Positions 1 through 7,755 of a stretch of 32,712 bases of DNA are shown in pieces. A program made the translations under genes and the position numbers. Where the stretch lies: the sequence record SRR22947727_3539. The stretch is one strand, 5' to 3'. How positions within the stretch are numbered: position 1 is the stretch's first letter; each line of letters opens with the position of its first letter. Below the pieces are notes generated by a model that saw nothing but the letters and a program-made list of their open reading frames with translations, was not told the origin of the DNA and made no database searches.

Positions 1-30
1 GACTCCTGACTCCTGACTCCTGACTCCTGA
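1..30. repeat. Heptamer tandem repeat (GACTCCT)x4 plus GA, possibly cut by the window edge
   Basis: Sequence 1-30 reads gactcct gactcct gactcct gactcct ga. Confidence 0.9.
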
Positions 31-81
31 GCCCCATCTCTCAAGTCAGCGCTGGTAATTTATTAGTTTTTCTATACATTA

Positions 82-2853
82 ATCATCATCGGCGCGGACA
101 AAAACAGACCGGACATTCCTGATTTTGAGATACTTGGCCGAATCGGCGGAGGGTCGTACGGTGAGGTGTATCTGGGACGTTCGATCACAGGCGTGTTGCG
201 AGCGGTAAAAATTGTCCGGCGGGAGGATTTTGAACGTGATAAAACTTTTGAACGTGAATTCGAGGGAGTCGTTCGTTATGAGAAGGTTTCGCGAGGGCAC
301 ATCGGCCTCGTCGACGTTTTTCACGTCAGTCGAAATGATGAGGAGGGATTCTATTACTACGTGATGGAATTGGCGGACGATTGCGAGGCTGGAGCGGAGG
401 ATTTTGAAATCGAAAATTACGTGCCACGAACTCTGTCGTCAGAATTGAACCGTCGGCGCCAGCATACGATCCAGGAGTGTGTCGAGATTGGATATCAGCT
501 GGCTGAAGCGTTGGGCCATTTGCATCATGCCGGTCTGACGCATCGCGATGTGAAGCCTTCGAATATCATTTTTGTGAACGGAAAACCGCAGTTGGCGGAT
601 ATTGGACTGGTCGCACGGACTGGCCAACTGACGTTCGTCGGGACGGAAGGCTACGTGCCGCCGGAAGGACCGGGAACGAGTTCGTCCGATCTTTATTCGC
701 TGGCGATGGTGCTTTATGAAATGGCCACTGGAAAAGACCGGCTGGAATTTCCGGAGTTGCCCACAAACATGGAGCTTCCCGTGACGATGAATCGTGATGA
801 GTGGCGCGCTTTGAATTCAGTTATCTGCCGGGCGGGCGCACCTGATGCCCGAAAACGGTATGAAACGGGCGGAGCTTTCTCTGCGGTGTTGCGTGCAGTT
901 ATCTCTCAGGAAGAAACCGGTGCGACCGGGATTGGGAAATACGTCGCGGTCGCGACGGCGCTGGCAGCAATTTTGGCGGCAGGAGGCTTCTTTGCGTGGA
1001 AGCAATTTCAACCGGATCGGGATCCGACGGACAATATCGATTTTGCGCAGAATGGGAATCCTCAGACTGAGCCTGAATCCGGGAACGGTGGGACCGATAA
1101 ACCTCTAGTGAATGGAATCGATGAAACTCCCCCGAGCAAGATGACAGCTTCGGAAAGTGAGAATTTGGCAGCAGCTGGGGCGCCTGTTTTTGAACCGTTT
1201 CAATTTCTACCGCTACCTGGATTTCGTCACGATCAATTCGGAGCCGGATTGGGAGACGATGTGGTGATTTCCGATAAAGATTCGACGCCAGTTCCGCCCA
1301 AAACGGAAATGCCAGAGACGGTTCCAGCTTCTCCCACAGAACCTCCCGAGCCGCCGAAAAAGCCAATCGCACGCTACAAAGTGGTTAGTAATCCACGGGG
1401 TGCCTCGATCTGGCAGAATGGAAAAGTAATCGGACGAACGGGTTCTTTTTTGCAATTCGAGCCCGGCGAGGTGGAGCTGACTTTAAAATTTGAGGGCTAT
1501 CACGATCTTGTTGTGAAACGAGATTTGAATGACGGGTATAATCCGACGGAACTCGATTTGGAGATGCTGCGTGACCAGCGCCCATCTCCACCGAGCAATT
1601 GGCAGAACAGTCTCGACATCGTTTTTGAATACGAACCGGTATTGGGAATTTTGATCTCCGAATTGGAAATCCGCCCCGAGGCGTTCACAAAATTTAATCT
1701 GGCTACAGGACGTCCGGAGGCAACCATATCGAAAGCGGGGGCGGCTTACGTTCCTGAGGATGGTGAGATGTTTGCGTTCTGTGATTGGATGACGAAGCGA
1801 GATCAGGATCGGGGATTTCTTGGTGAAGACCAGTATTTCGCACCTCAGCGATCAGGAACCGACGGCGAATCCGCCACGTTTTTCTGCAAAATTGATAACC
1901 GGTTTGGGACTGTGATGATCAACTCGGATCCGCCGGGAGCTGAGATTTTTAAAGACGGAATAATCATCGGGCAAACCCCGAAACAGATCGACCGCGTTCG
2001 GATTGGCCTGGTGAAATTCGAGTTGAGTCACCCTGGATTTGAACGCACTCCCGTTTCCGCCGAAGTTCGAACCAACACGCTGGAAACCATAAAGGCGACC
2101 CTGAAACGCGATGCTTCCGTCGTTTTTGATCAGCCGTGGGAAAACTCGCTGGGTATGAAACTTGTGCCGTTTGGCGAAATAATGGCTTCGGTTTATGAAA
2201 CCCGGGTTTCCGACTACGAAGTTTTTCTCACGAGTGAGCCGGAAGGAATTACCCAGCCGCGCGTTGGTTTCAAGCAGGAGGAAAATCACCCGGTTGCAGG
2301 TATCAGCGTGAACGATGCGAGGGCTTTTTGCAAATGGCTCACGGAGAAAGACCGTGAAGCGGGATTGATTCAGCCCTATCACGAATATCGGTTGCCGACT
2401 GACTTGGAGTGGAGCGCGATGGCCGGGATACCAGACGAAAAAGGTAAGTCTCCTGATCAGCGGGATTCCCGAATTCTCGACATTTATCCGTGGGGAACCA
2501 CGTGGCCACCTCCCGCAGGATCCGGTAATTTTGCGGATGAATCGGCGAAGTCGGAACTGTCTGTCATTCTCCCTGATTACAACGACACTTTTTCTACAAC
2601 AGCACCGGTGGGGAGTTTCGAACCTCGCGAAAACGGGCTTCACGATTTGTCCGGAAACGTTTGGGAATGGGTCGAAGAAGCCTTTCGCCCGGGATCAAAA
2701 TTCATGACGGCCCGTGGCGGTGGCTGGGCCGATGCCGAAAAAGATACCGTTCTCGCTTCTTATCGAAACGCGGTTGCCCCGTCGATCGCAAAGAGCAATC
2801 CCTACGGCTTCAACGTGTATGGATTTCGCTGTGTCCTGGCGAAAGTGAAGTGA
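82..2853 (+). CDS. Membrane-anchored Ser/Thr protein kinase fused to two PEGA domains and a C-terminal FGE-sulfatase (SUMF1-like) domain; start codon uncertain (ORF track uses GTG at 166)
   Basis: Hanks kinase motifs: GGGSYGEV (in frame, 145-168), AVK, HRDVKPSN, DIG, GTEGYVPPE, DLYSL. Transmembrane segment YVAVATALAAILAAGGFFAW. PEGA motifs SNPRGASI and SDPPGAEI. FGE motifs YRLPTDLEW, YPWG, GLHDLSGNVWEW, RGGGW, GFRCV. The frame is open from 67, with ATC codons at 82/85/88. Confidence 0.9.
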   Translation: MIIGADKNRPDIPDFEILGRIGGGSYGEVYLGRSITGVLRAVKIVRREDFERDKTFEREFEGVVRYEKVSRGHIGLVDVFHVSRNDEEGFYYYVMELADDCEAGAEDFEIENYVPRTLSSELNRRRQHTIQECVEIGYQLAEALGHLHHAGLTHRDVKPSNIIFVNGKPQLADIGLVARTGQLTFVGTEGYVPPEGPGTSSSDLYSLAMVLYEMATGKDRLEFPELPTNMELPVTMNRDEWRALNSVICRAGAPDARKRYETGGAFSAVLRAVISQEETGATGIGKYVAVATALAAILAAGGFFAWKQFQPDRDPTDNIDFAQNGNPQTEPESGNGGTDKPLVNGIDETPPSKMTASESENLAAAGAPVFEPFQFLPLPGFRHDQFGAGLGDDVVISDKDSTPVPPKTEMPETVPASPTEPPEPPKKPIARYKVVSNPRGASIWQNGKVIGRTGSFLQFEPGEVELTLKFEGYHDLVVKRDLNDGYNPTELDLEMLRDQRPSPPSNWQNSLDIVFEYEPVLGILISELEIRPEAFTKFNLATGRPEATISKAGAAYVPEDGEMFAFCDWMTKRDQDRGFLGEDQYFAPQRSGTDGESATFFCKIDNRFGTVMINSDPPGAEIFKDGIIIGQTPKQIDRVRIGLVKFELSHPGFERTPVSAEVRTNTLETIKATLKRDASVVFDQPWENSLGMKLVPFGEIMASVYETRVSDYEVFLTSEPEGITQPRVGFKQEENHPVAGISVNDARAFCKWLTEKDREAGLIQPYHEYRLPTDLEWSAMAGIPDEKGKSPDQRDSRILDIYPWGTTWPPPAGSGNFADESAKSELSVILPDYNDTFSTTAPVGSFEPRENGLHDLSGNVWEWVEEAFRPGSKFMTARGGGWADAEKDTVLASYRNAVAPSIAKSNPYGFNVYGFRCVLAKVK

Positions 2854-2869
2854 GTAGTTCGGCAACAAA

Positions 2870-3253
2870 ATGAATCTTCGGCCTCAATATCCTTTGAAAG
2901 TGTCTGAAAGAGGGATTTTGGCCTGGGATGTTATTGGACTGATCAAGAAAGCATCTGATTTAACTCCCGTTGAGCTTGCTCTCTCGGAGATTTCGGAACT
3001 TGATAAGCCTCACTGGTTTCATCTTGAAGGTGATTCCCCGACCTGTCGTAAAATTGCAGAGCATACCCGGGTCATTGAAGAAGCTGATCTTTCTTATCCT
3101 ATCATCATTGACCACGAAGGAAATGTGATGGACTGCATGCATCGCATCTGTAAAGCGCTCAATACAGGCCTGACGACCATCCTCGCATACCGGTTTTTAG
3201 AAGTGCCGGAACCCGATTATATTGGCGTTGCGCCGAAAGACCTTCCTTATTAG
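2870..3253 (+). CDS. Small hypothetical protein, possibly ParB/Srx N-terminal-like
   Basis: 127-aa ORF starting 16 bp after the kinase stop. YPIII..EGNVMDCMHRICKA resembles the ParB/Srx 'PI.V....DG.HR..A' signature. Confidence 0.65.
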   Translation: MNLRPQYPLKVSERGILAWDVIGLIKKASDLTPVELALSEISELDKPHWFHLEGDSPTCRKIAEHTRVIEEADLSYPIIIDHEGNVMDCMHRICKALNTGLTTILAYRFLEVPEPDYIGVAPKDLPY

Positions 3254-3311
3254 CAAGCCATCGCCGATCGGAAAATAGCAGAAGATGCAAAATCTACCGA
3301 CTGTTCAAGCT

Positions 3312-4244
3312 TCAGAGTTCAATTACCGAATCAGGCGAGTGCCCCGTCGGAGGATCTGATTCACCCTGTTCAGCCTGCTCCACCTCCGGCGCCGGCGCTG
3401 CCATTTGTTTTCGAAGCGATGCCCAGGCCAGCCCGAGGCATTCATGAAATGCCATATCGGTTTTGTATAAATTGATGATTCGTGGAATAAACAGATCCGG
3501 CTCGCTAAAGTCGAACGTCACGAATCTAGGCCACGCCCAGAAATCACAGGGAGCAGCAATCGGCTCATAACCGTAGCTTTTAAAAAGCGCGTAAGACCGC
3601 TTCATGTGACTGGCGGAGGTTACCAAAATGAAAGGCTCATCGCGGAGCATCGATTCCAAATACCGGGGATGATCTTTGGTGTCGCGGGATTTACTTTCTT
3701 GAAAAATCTGATCTGCTGGCACCCCGAAGAGTTCAGCCATTTGCATCATTCCATTCGTTTCATTAGGCCGTCCTGTCACAATGAGTGACGCTTCCGGAAA
3801 TTTTTGATGCAGCCGAATGCCTTCCAAAATTCGTGCCGTCGTCGGTGGCTCCAACTGATTTGTAGGTGAACGATCTTTGTGAAAACGAGCTCCGCCGCCG
3901 AGGACAACAATGTGCTGCGGTTTTTCTTCAAAACTGTCTGCAAAATTCGGCGAATCGACATTAGCCAGCGGAGCGTGTTCTTTCTCCAACGCATACAGCA
4001 ATGAATCCGAGACGGGCCGAATGCTGCACATGTAGATGAAAAACACTCCGAAAATCACCATGAAAATCCCCAGGTCGCCCGCCACACGTTTTACTTTTTT
4101 CCACCATGGTTTGGGCTCGTATTTCGGCTTCCTCCGCCAAAATACGAGCATTACCACCCCAAGCACAATGAACTCCAACCCAATCGTAATTGGGTTCAGA
4201 TAGATCGTGACGATCTTTTTCAGAGCAAAGATATTTTCTTCCAT
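3312..4244 (-). CDS. YdcF/ElyC (DUF218) family membrane protein
   Basis: Two N-terminal TM helices, then IVVLGGG, ARILEG, LIVTG, ESKSRDT, LVTSASHMKRS, APCDF and HECLGL, all typical DUF218/ElyC motifs. Confidence 0.85.
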   Translation of the reverse strand: MEENIFALKKIVTIYLNPITIGLEFIVLGVVMLVFWRRKPKYEPKPWWKKVKRVAGDLGIFMVIFGVFFIYMCSIRPVSDSLLYALEKEHAPLANVDSPNFADSFEEKPQHIVVLGGGARFHKDRSPTNQLEPPTTARILEGIRLHQKFPEASLIVTGRPNETNGMMQMAELFGVPADQIFQESKSRDTKDHPRYLESMLRDEPFILVTSASHMKRSYALFKSYGYEPIAAPCDFWAWPRFVTFDFSEPDLFIPRIINLYKTDMAFHECLGLAWASLRKQMAAPAPEVEQAEQGESDPPTGHSPDSVIEL

Positions 4245-4403
4245 CGTGTGGCTGCCTTTATACGGAGGTTAGCACACGGAAAGGATAAATGGCATGGCGA
4301 AATGTGAGACGGATCGAAAAGTTATGTCACAAAATCTCACGCATTCGTGTCGCTTTCCCATTTACGAACAAGGAGTGAAACTTAATCATACCTTAGAGCA
4401 ATC

Positions 4404-5753
4404 ATGAGCGATCTTAAGAAAATCACCCCAGAACCGTCGGCTCCTGTGGCCGACGCCACCCGACGCGATTTTGTCAAAAAAACTGCGGCGGCAACTGTTG
4501 CCGGATCGGCAATCGCATTTCCTTCCGTGAGCTTTGGTCAGGAAGCTGATCCGAAGAAACTCAAGATCGGTCTCATCGGTTGCGGTGGTCGTGGAACGGG
4601 AGCAGTGGCGCAAGCCCTCATGGCAGACGACAACACGGAACTCTGGGCCCTTGGTGATCTTTACGAAGACAAAGCCGTGCTTCAGCTTCGTCAGCTCGCT
4701 CGCGGAAACCGAGCCGCTGCGGCAAAAGCTGCGCCGGATCTCGATAAGCGCATTTTTGGCGGACTTGATGCCTACCAAAAGGTGATGGATTCCGGCGTTG
4801 ATGTCGTTCTTTTGACCACGCCTCCGGGTTTTCGCCCTCAGCATTTTCGCGCTGCAGTTGAGCGTGATCTCCACACGTTTGTAGAAAAACCATGCGCGAC
4901 CGACGTTGCCGGCATCAAACACTTCCTCGAAACCGGCGAAATGGCTAAAGCTAAGGACCTTTCTGTTCTCTGCGGATTTTGCTACCGCTATAGCGATTCT
5001 GCACGAGCGCTTTTTGAGCGTCTTCATGGTGGCGACATTGGTGACATCGTCTCGATTCACTCCACTTACTTTGCCGGTCCCGTAAAAGCGATGCCCGATC
5101 CAAGCAGCCGCCCCGCAGGGATGAGTGACGTTGAGTGGCAGATGAAAAACTGGTATAATTTCACATGGCTCAGCGGTGACGGACTTGTCGAGCAGGGCTG
5201 TCATAACATCGACCGCGTTGCCTGGGCATTTAACGATGCCGATCCGATTTCCGCATTCGGAAGCGGCGGCCGGCAGCGTCCGAATTTCGAGGGCAATATC
5301 TACGATCACTTCAGCGTGACCTACGAATACCCGAATGACGTTAACGCTCACGTTCAGTGGCGTCAGTATGCCGACAGTTATAATTTCACGGGTGATACCA
5401 TTGTTGGAACCAAAGGAATCGCAAAATACGGGACCAATAAGGCCAGCATCTCAGGTGAGAACAAATGGAACTACCGCGCGCCGCGCACCCCGACGAACAT
5501 GTATCAAATCGAGCATGACGAGTTTTTCAAAGCGATCCGAACCGGAAAGCGAAAGGACGACGAGAAGTGGGTCGCGCATTCGACGATGATGGCTCTTTTC
5601 GGTCGCGATGTTTGCTACAGCGGACAGCGCGTTAAGTGGGCCGACTACGCGGCGAGCGATCAGAAGCTCGTTCCGGACAATCTCAAGTGGGACGACGCAC
5701 TTCCAATTCGCCCAATGCGGATTCCGGGCGTTGCAGAGACTCAAGGAGTCTAA
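4404..5753 (+). CDS. Tat-exported Gfo/Idh/MocA family oxidoreductase
   Basis: Twin-arginine signal TRRDFVKK; KIGLIGCGGRGTGA Rossmann motif; TPPGFRPQH, FVEKP, WYNFTWLSGD and EQGCHNID. Confidence 0.92.
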   Translation: MSDLKKITPEPSAPVADATRRDFVKKTAAATVAGSAIAFPSVSFGQEADPKKLKIGLIGCGGRGTGAVAQALMADDNTELWALGDLYEDKAVLQLRQLARGNRAAAAKAAPDLDKRIFGGLDAYQKVMDSGVDVVLLTTPPGFRPQHFRAAVERDLHTFVEKPCATDVAGIKHFLETGEMAKAKDLSVLCGFCYRYSDSARALFERLHGGDIGDIVSIHSTYFAGPVKAMPDPSSRPAGMSDVEWQMKNWYNFTWLSGDGLVEQGCHNIDRVAWAFNDADPISAFGSGGRQRPNFEGNIYDHFSVTYEYPNDVNAHVQWRQYADSYNFTGDTIVGTKGIAKYGTNKASISGENKWNYRAPRTPTNMYQIEHDEFFKAIRTGKRKDDEKWVAHSTMMALFGRDVCYSGQRVKWADYAASDQKLVPDNLKWDDALPIRPMRIPGVAETQGV

Positions 5754-5775
5754 TTTCGACTTCAATCAGAAGACA

Positions 5776-5800
5776 GTTTTACGATCCAATAGGGTCGTAA
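5776..5800. repeat. Partial (collapsed) copy of the 43-bp palindromic element; short hairpin
   Basis: GTTTTACGATCCAATAGGGTCGTAA matches the left arm of the element (TTTTACGAACCAACAGGGT). It folds as TTACGATCC/GGGTCGTAA and lies 22 bp after the oxidoreductase stop. Confidence 0.6.
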
Positions 5801-5859
5801 GATGGCTTGGCAGTGGTCTGAGGATTCTCGCGATGCAGAACCGGAAGACAGCCCTTATA

Positions 5860-5902
5860 CAAACGTACAGGGTGCGTCCGACAAACAAACCCTGTTGCTT
5901 CG
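5860..5902. repeat. 43-bp palindromic element, degenerate copy
   Basis: CAAACGTACAGGGTGCGTCCGACAAACAAACCCTGTTGCTTCG followed by TAAAAC; same length and ACAGGGT/ACCCTGT arms as the copy at 7789. Confidence 0.65.
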
Positions 5903-5965
5903 TAAAACGGCTCAACGACTTGCGGACTTGAATTGTTAGCGGGTTTCGGTTTACAAATAAGACGC

Positions 5966-6139
5966 ATGAAAACAATCCATCTCTTTATCCTCAGCCTATT
6001 CGCCGGTGCACTGCTCACGAGCTGCGAAACTCAAAACGGCTCAGACGAAGGCGCGTATAGCTTTCCGTCGCCAGATCCATCGCGCACCGCAGCTGAATTG
6101 CAGAACACTCACAACCAGCTGCGTCGTCAGAATCTTTGA
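5966..6139 (+). CDS. Small predicted lipoprotein (57 aa)
   Basis: ATG at 5966 gives MKTIHLFILSLFAGALLTS|C, a basic n-region, hydrophobic core and lipobox-like LTSC. Confidence 0.7.
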   Translation: MKTIHLFILSLFAGALLTSCETQNGSDEGAYSFPSPDPSRTAAELQNTHNQLRRQNL

Positions 6140-6143
6140 TCAA

Positions 6144-7643
6144 TCAATGCGCAAGGCCGGGGACGCCGCAATTTTCAATCGCGTAAAATCCGGTCCGCGC
6201 GGTCACATAAAGTGTCGTGCCAACGAGCAGGCAATTGGCAGGTTTTTCGGGCGTTTTAAAGCGGCCGATTTCCTTTCCTTCGGGTGAGAAAACCACGATG
6301 TCTTCCCACGTGACGTAAAGGTTTCCATTTACGTCGATGGACAACCCATCGCTCCCGATTGGAGCAAATTCGCGAGGATTGTTGATCTTGCCATCACCAA
6401 TCACGTCGTATGCCATGATCTTTTCACCGGCTTGATCAGCTACGTAGAGCGTTTTAAAGTCAGGCGAGAAAATGATGCCGTTGGGCCGTTCCAGATCGCT
6501 GATCATCAACGTGGTTTTGTTTTTTGAACGGTCGATGTAATAGACGCCTTCGATCTCCATTTCCATGTCGTCGCGCTTGCCGTATCGGGGATCGGTGAAG
6601 TAAATCCCGCCGATCGTATCGATCGCGACATCGTTTGGCGAATTGAGTTTCTTACCTTCGAATGAATCGGAGAGAACGGTGATTTGATCTCCGTCCTGAA
6701 TGGTGACTTGGCGATTGATGCCTTCGCAGAAGATCAGGGAATCGTTTGCCGTAAAAAAGAGTCCGTTAGCGCGGCCCGTGTTTTCGCGATGGATGGAAAT
6801 CTTCCCCGTTTTCGGATCGTAAATGTGAGTACGCTCGTTGGGGATGTCATTGAAATATATCCGACCGTCAGGTCCAAGCGCAGGGCCTTCGGTAAATTTG
6901 TAGCCGTCACCGAGCTTCTCTACCGTCGCGTTCTTCGGAAATACCACAGCGTCAGCTGCGATTGTTGGTGCCTCAATTTCAGGAGATGGCTTGGGATTTT
7001 CCTGAAGTCGAATGTTGCGCCACCGGACCTGCATGGCATCGGTGCGAGCGCCGACCCCGTGAACTTGCAGGGCGATGAAGCCTTCGGCTGTCATGTCATT
7101 TTTCAAATCAGCCGCCGGAATGCCATTCACCCACGTGCAGATCCGATCGCCGATTGCTTCGATGCGGTAATGATTCCAGTCGTTTTGTTTGAAGGCATAG
7201 CGAGCTGCGAGATTGTCCCGCAAATCATTGAGCCATCCGCGACGACCTTCATCGTAAATACCGCCGCTCCATCCGCGCCGCGACGGATCGATTTCGACCT
7301 GATAGCCGTGGACCTGTCCTTTTTTATAGTCTGGCAGGCTGTTCGAGCGAATCTGCACACCGGAATTCATCGCCGGATCGACTTTGAATTCGACTTCCAA
7401 AACAAAGTCGCCGTAATTTTTATCCGTGCACATGAACGAATTCGGCGTGTTCGGAACCGTCGTGCCGACAATCACGCCGCCGTCCTCGACCGTGTATTTT
7501 GCGACTCCGCCGCGCTGAGTCCAGCCAGTGAAATCTTTACCGTTGAAGAGTTCGACCGATTTGGATTGCGCGGCGTCTTGTCCGACAAGCGCCGAGCCGG
7601 CGGTCGTGAGGGCGATAAAAAGCGTAAAAAATTGAATTCGCAT
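6144..7643 (-). CDS. Secreted fusion of DUF1080 (3-keto-disaccharide hydrolase-like) and SMP-30/gluconolactonase beta-propeller
   Basis: Signal peptide. DUF1080 motifs LFNGKDFTGW, NSGVQIRS, GYQVEID, WNHYRI, GFIALQVH, WRNIR. SMP-30 motifs FTEGP, NSPND, YFTDP, PNGIIFSPD, SDGLSID. Confidence 0.9.
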   Translation of the reverse strand: MRIQFFTLFIALTTAGSALVGQDAAQSKSVELFNGKDFTGWTQRGGVAKYTVEDGGVIVGTTVPNTPNSFMCTDKNYGDFVLEVEFKVDPAMNSGVQIRSNSLPDYKKGQVHGYQVEIDPSRRGWSGGIYDEGRRGWLNDLRDNLAARYAFKQNDWNHYRIEAIGDRICTWVNGIPAADLKNDMTAEGFIALQVHGVGARTDAMQVRWRNIRLQENPKPSPEIEAPTIAADAVVFPKNATVEKLGDGYKFTEGPALGPDGRIYFNDIPNERTHIYDPKTGKISIHRENTGRANGLFFTANDSLIFCEGINRQVTIQDGDQITVLSDSFEGKKLNSPNDVAIDTIGGIYFTDPRYGKRDDMEMEIEGVYYIDRSKNKTTLMISDLERPNGIIFSPDFKTLYVADQAGEKIMAYDVIGDGKINNPREFAPIGSDGLSIDVNGNLYVTWEDIVVFSPEGKEIGRFKTPEKPANCLLVGTTLYVTARTGFYAIENCGVPGLAH

Positions 7644-7755
7644 GAGGAAAGATGGCGTTTTGAAGAAATGAAATCAACCTCGCGAATGGGTGAATTTACA
7701 GGATGGCGCTGGACGGCTCCGAACGATTGTGGCACGATTTTCTAAGCGCTACGAA

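Noticed and set aside
2700-2853. FGE/C-type-lectin C-terminus as a diversity-generating retroelement variable region
   Set aside because: I found no second near-identical copy (template repeat) and no reverse transcriptase in the window. A remote DGR cannot be excluded.
4300-4345. CRP/FNR-like site in the divergent promoter (TGTGAGA...TCACA...TCTCAC)
   Set aside because: Half-sites are present but not at the TGTGA-N6-TCACA spacing, so there is insufficient support.
4386-5351. Long antisense ORFs (4386..5351, 6684..7745, 1852..2643, 16062..16682, 21320..21928, 31317..31970)
   Set aside because: They lie almost entirely opposite well-supported genes and show no recognisable motifs; they are most likely shadow frames.
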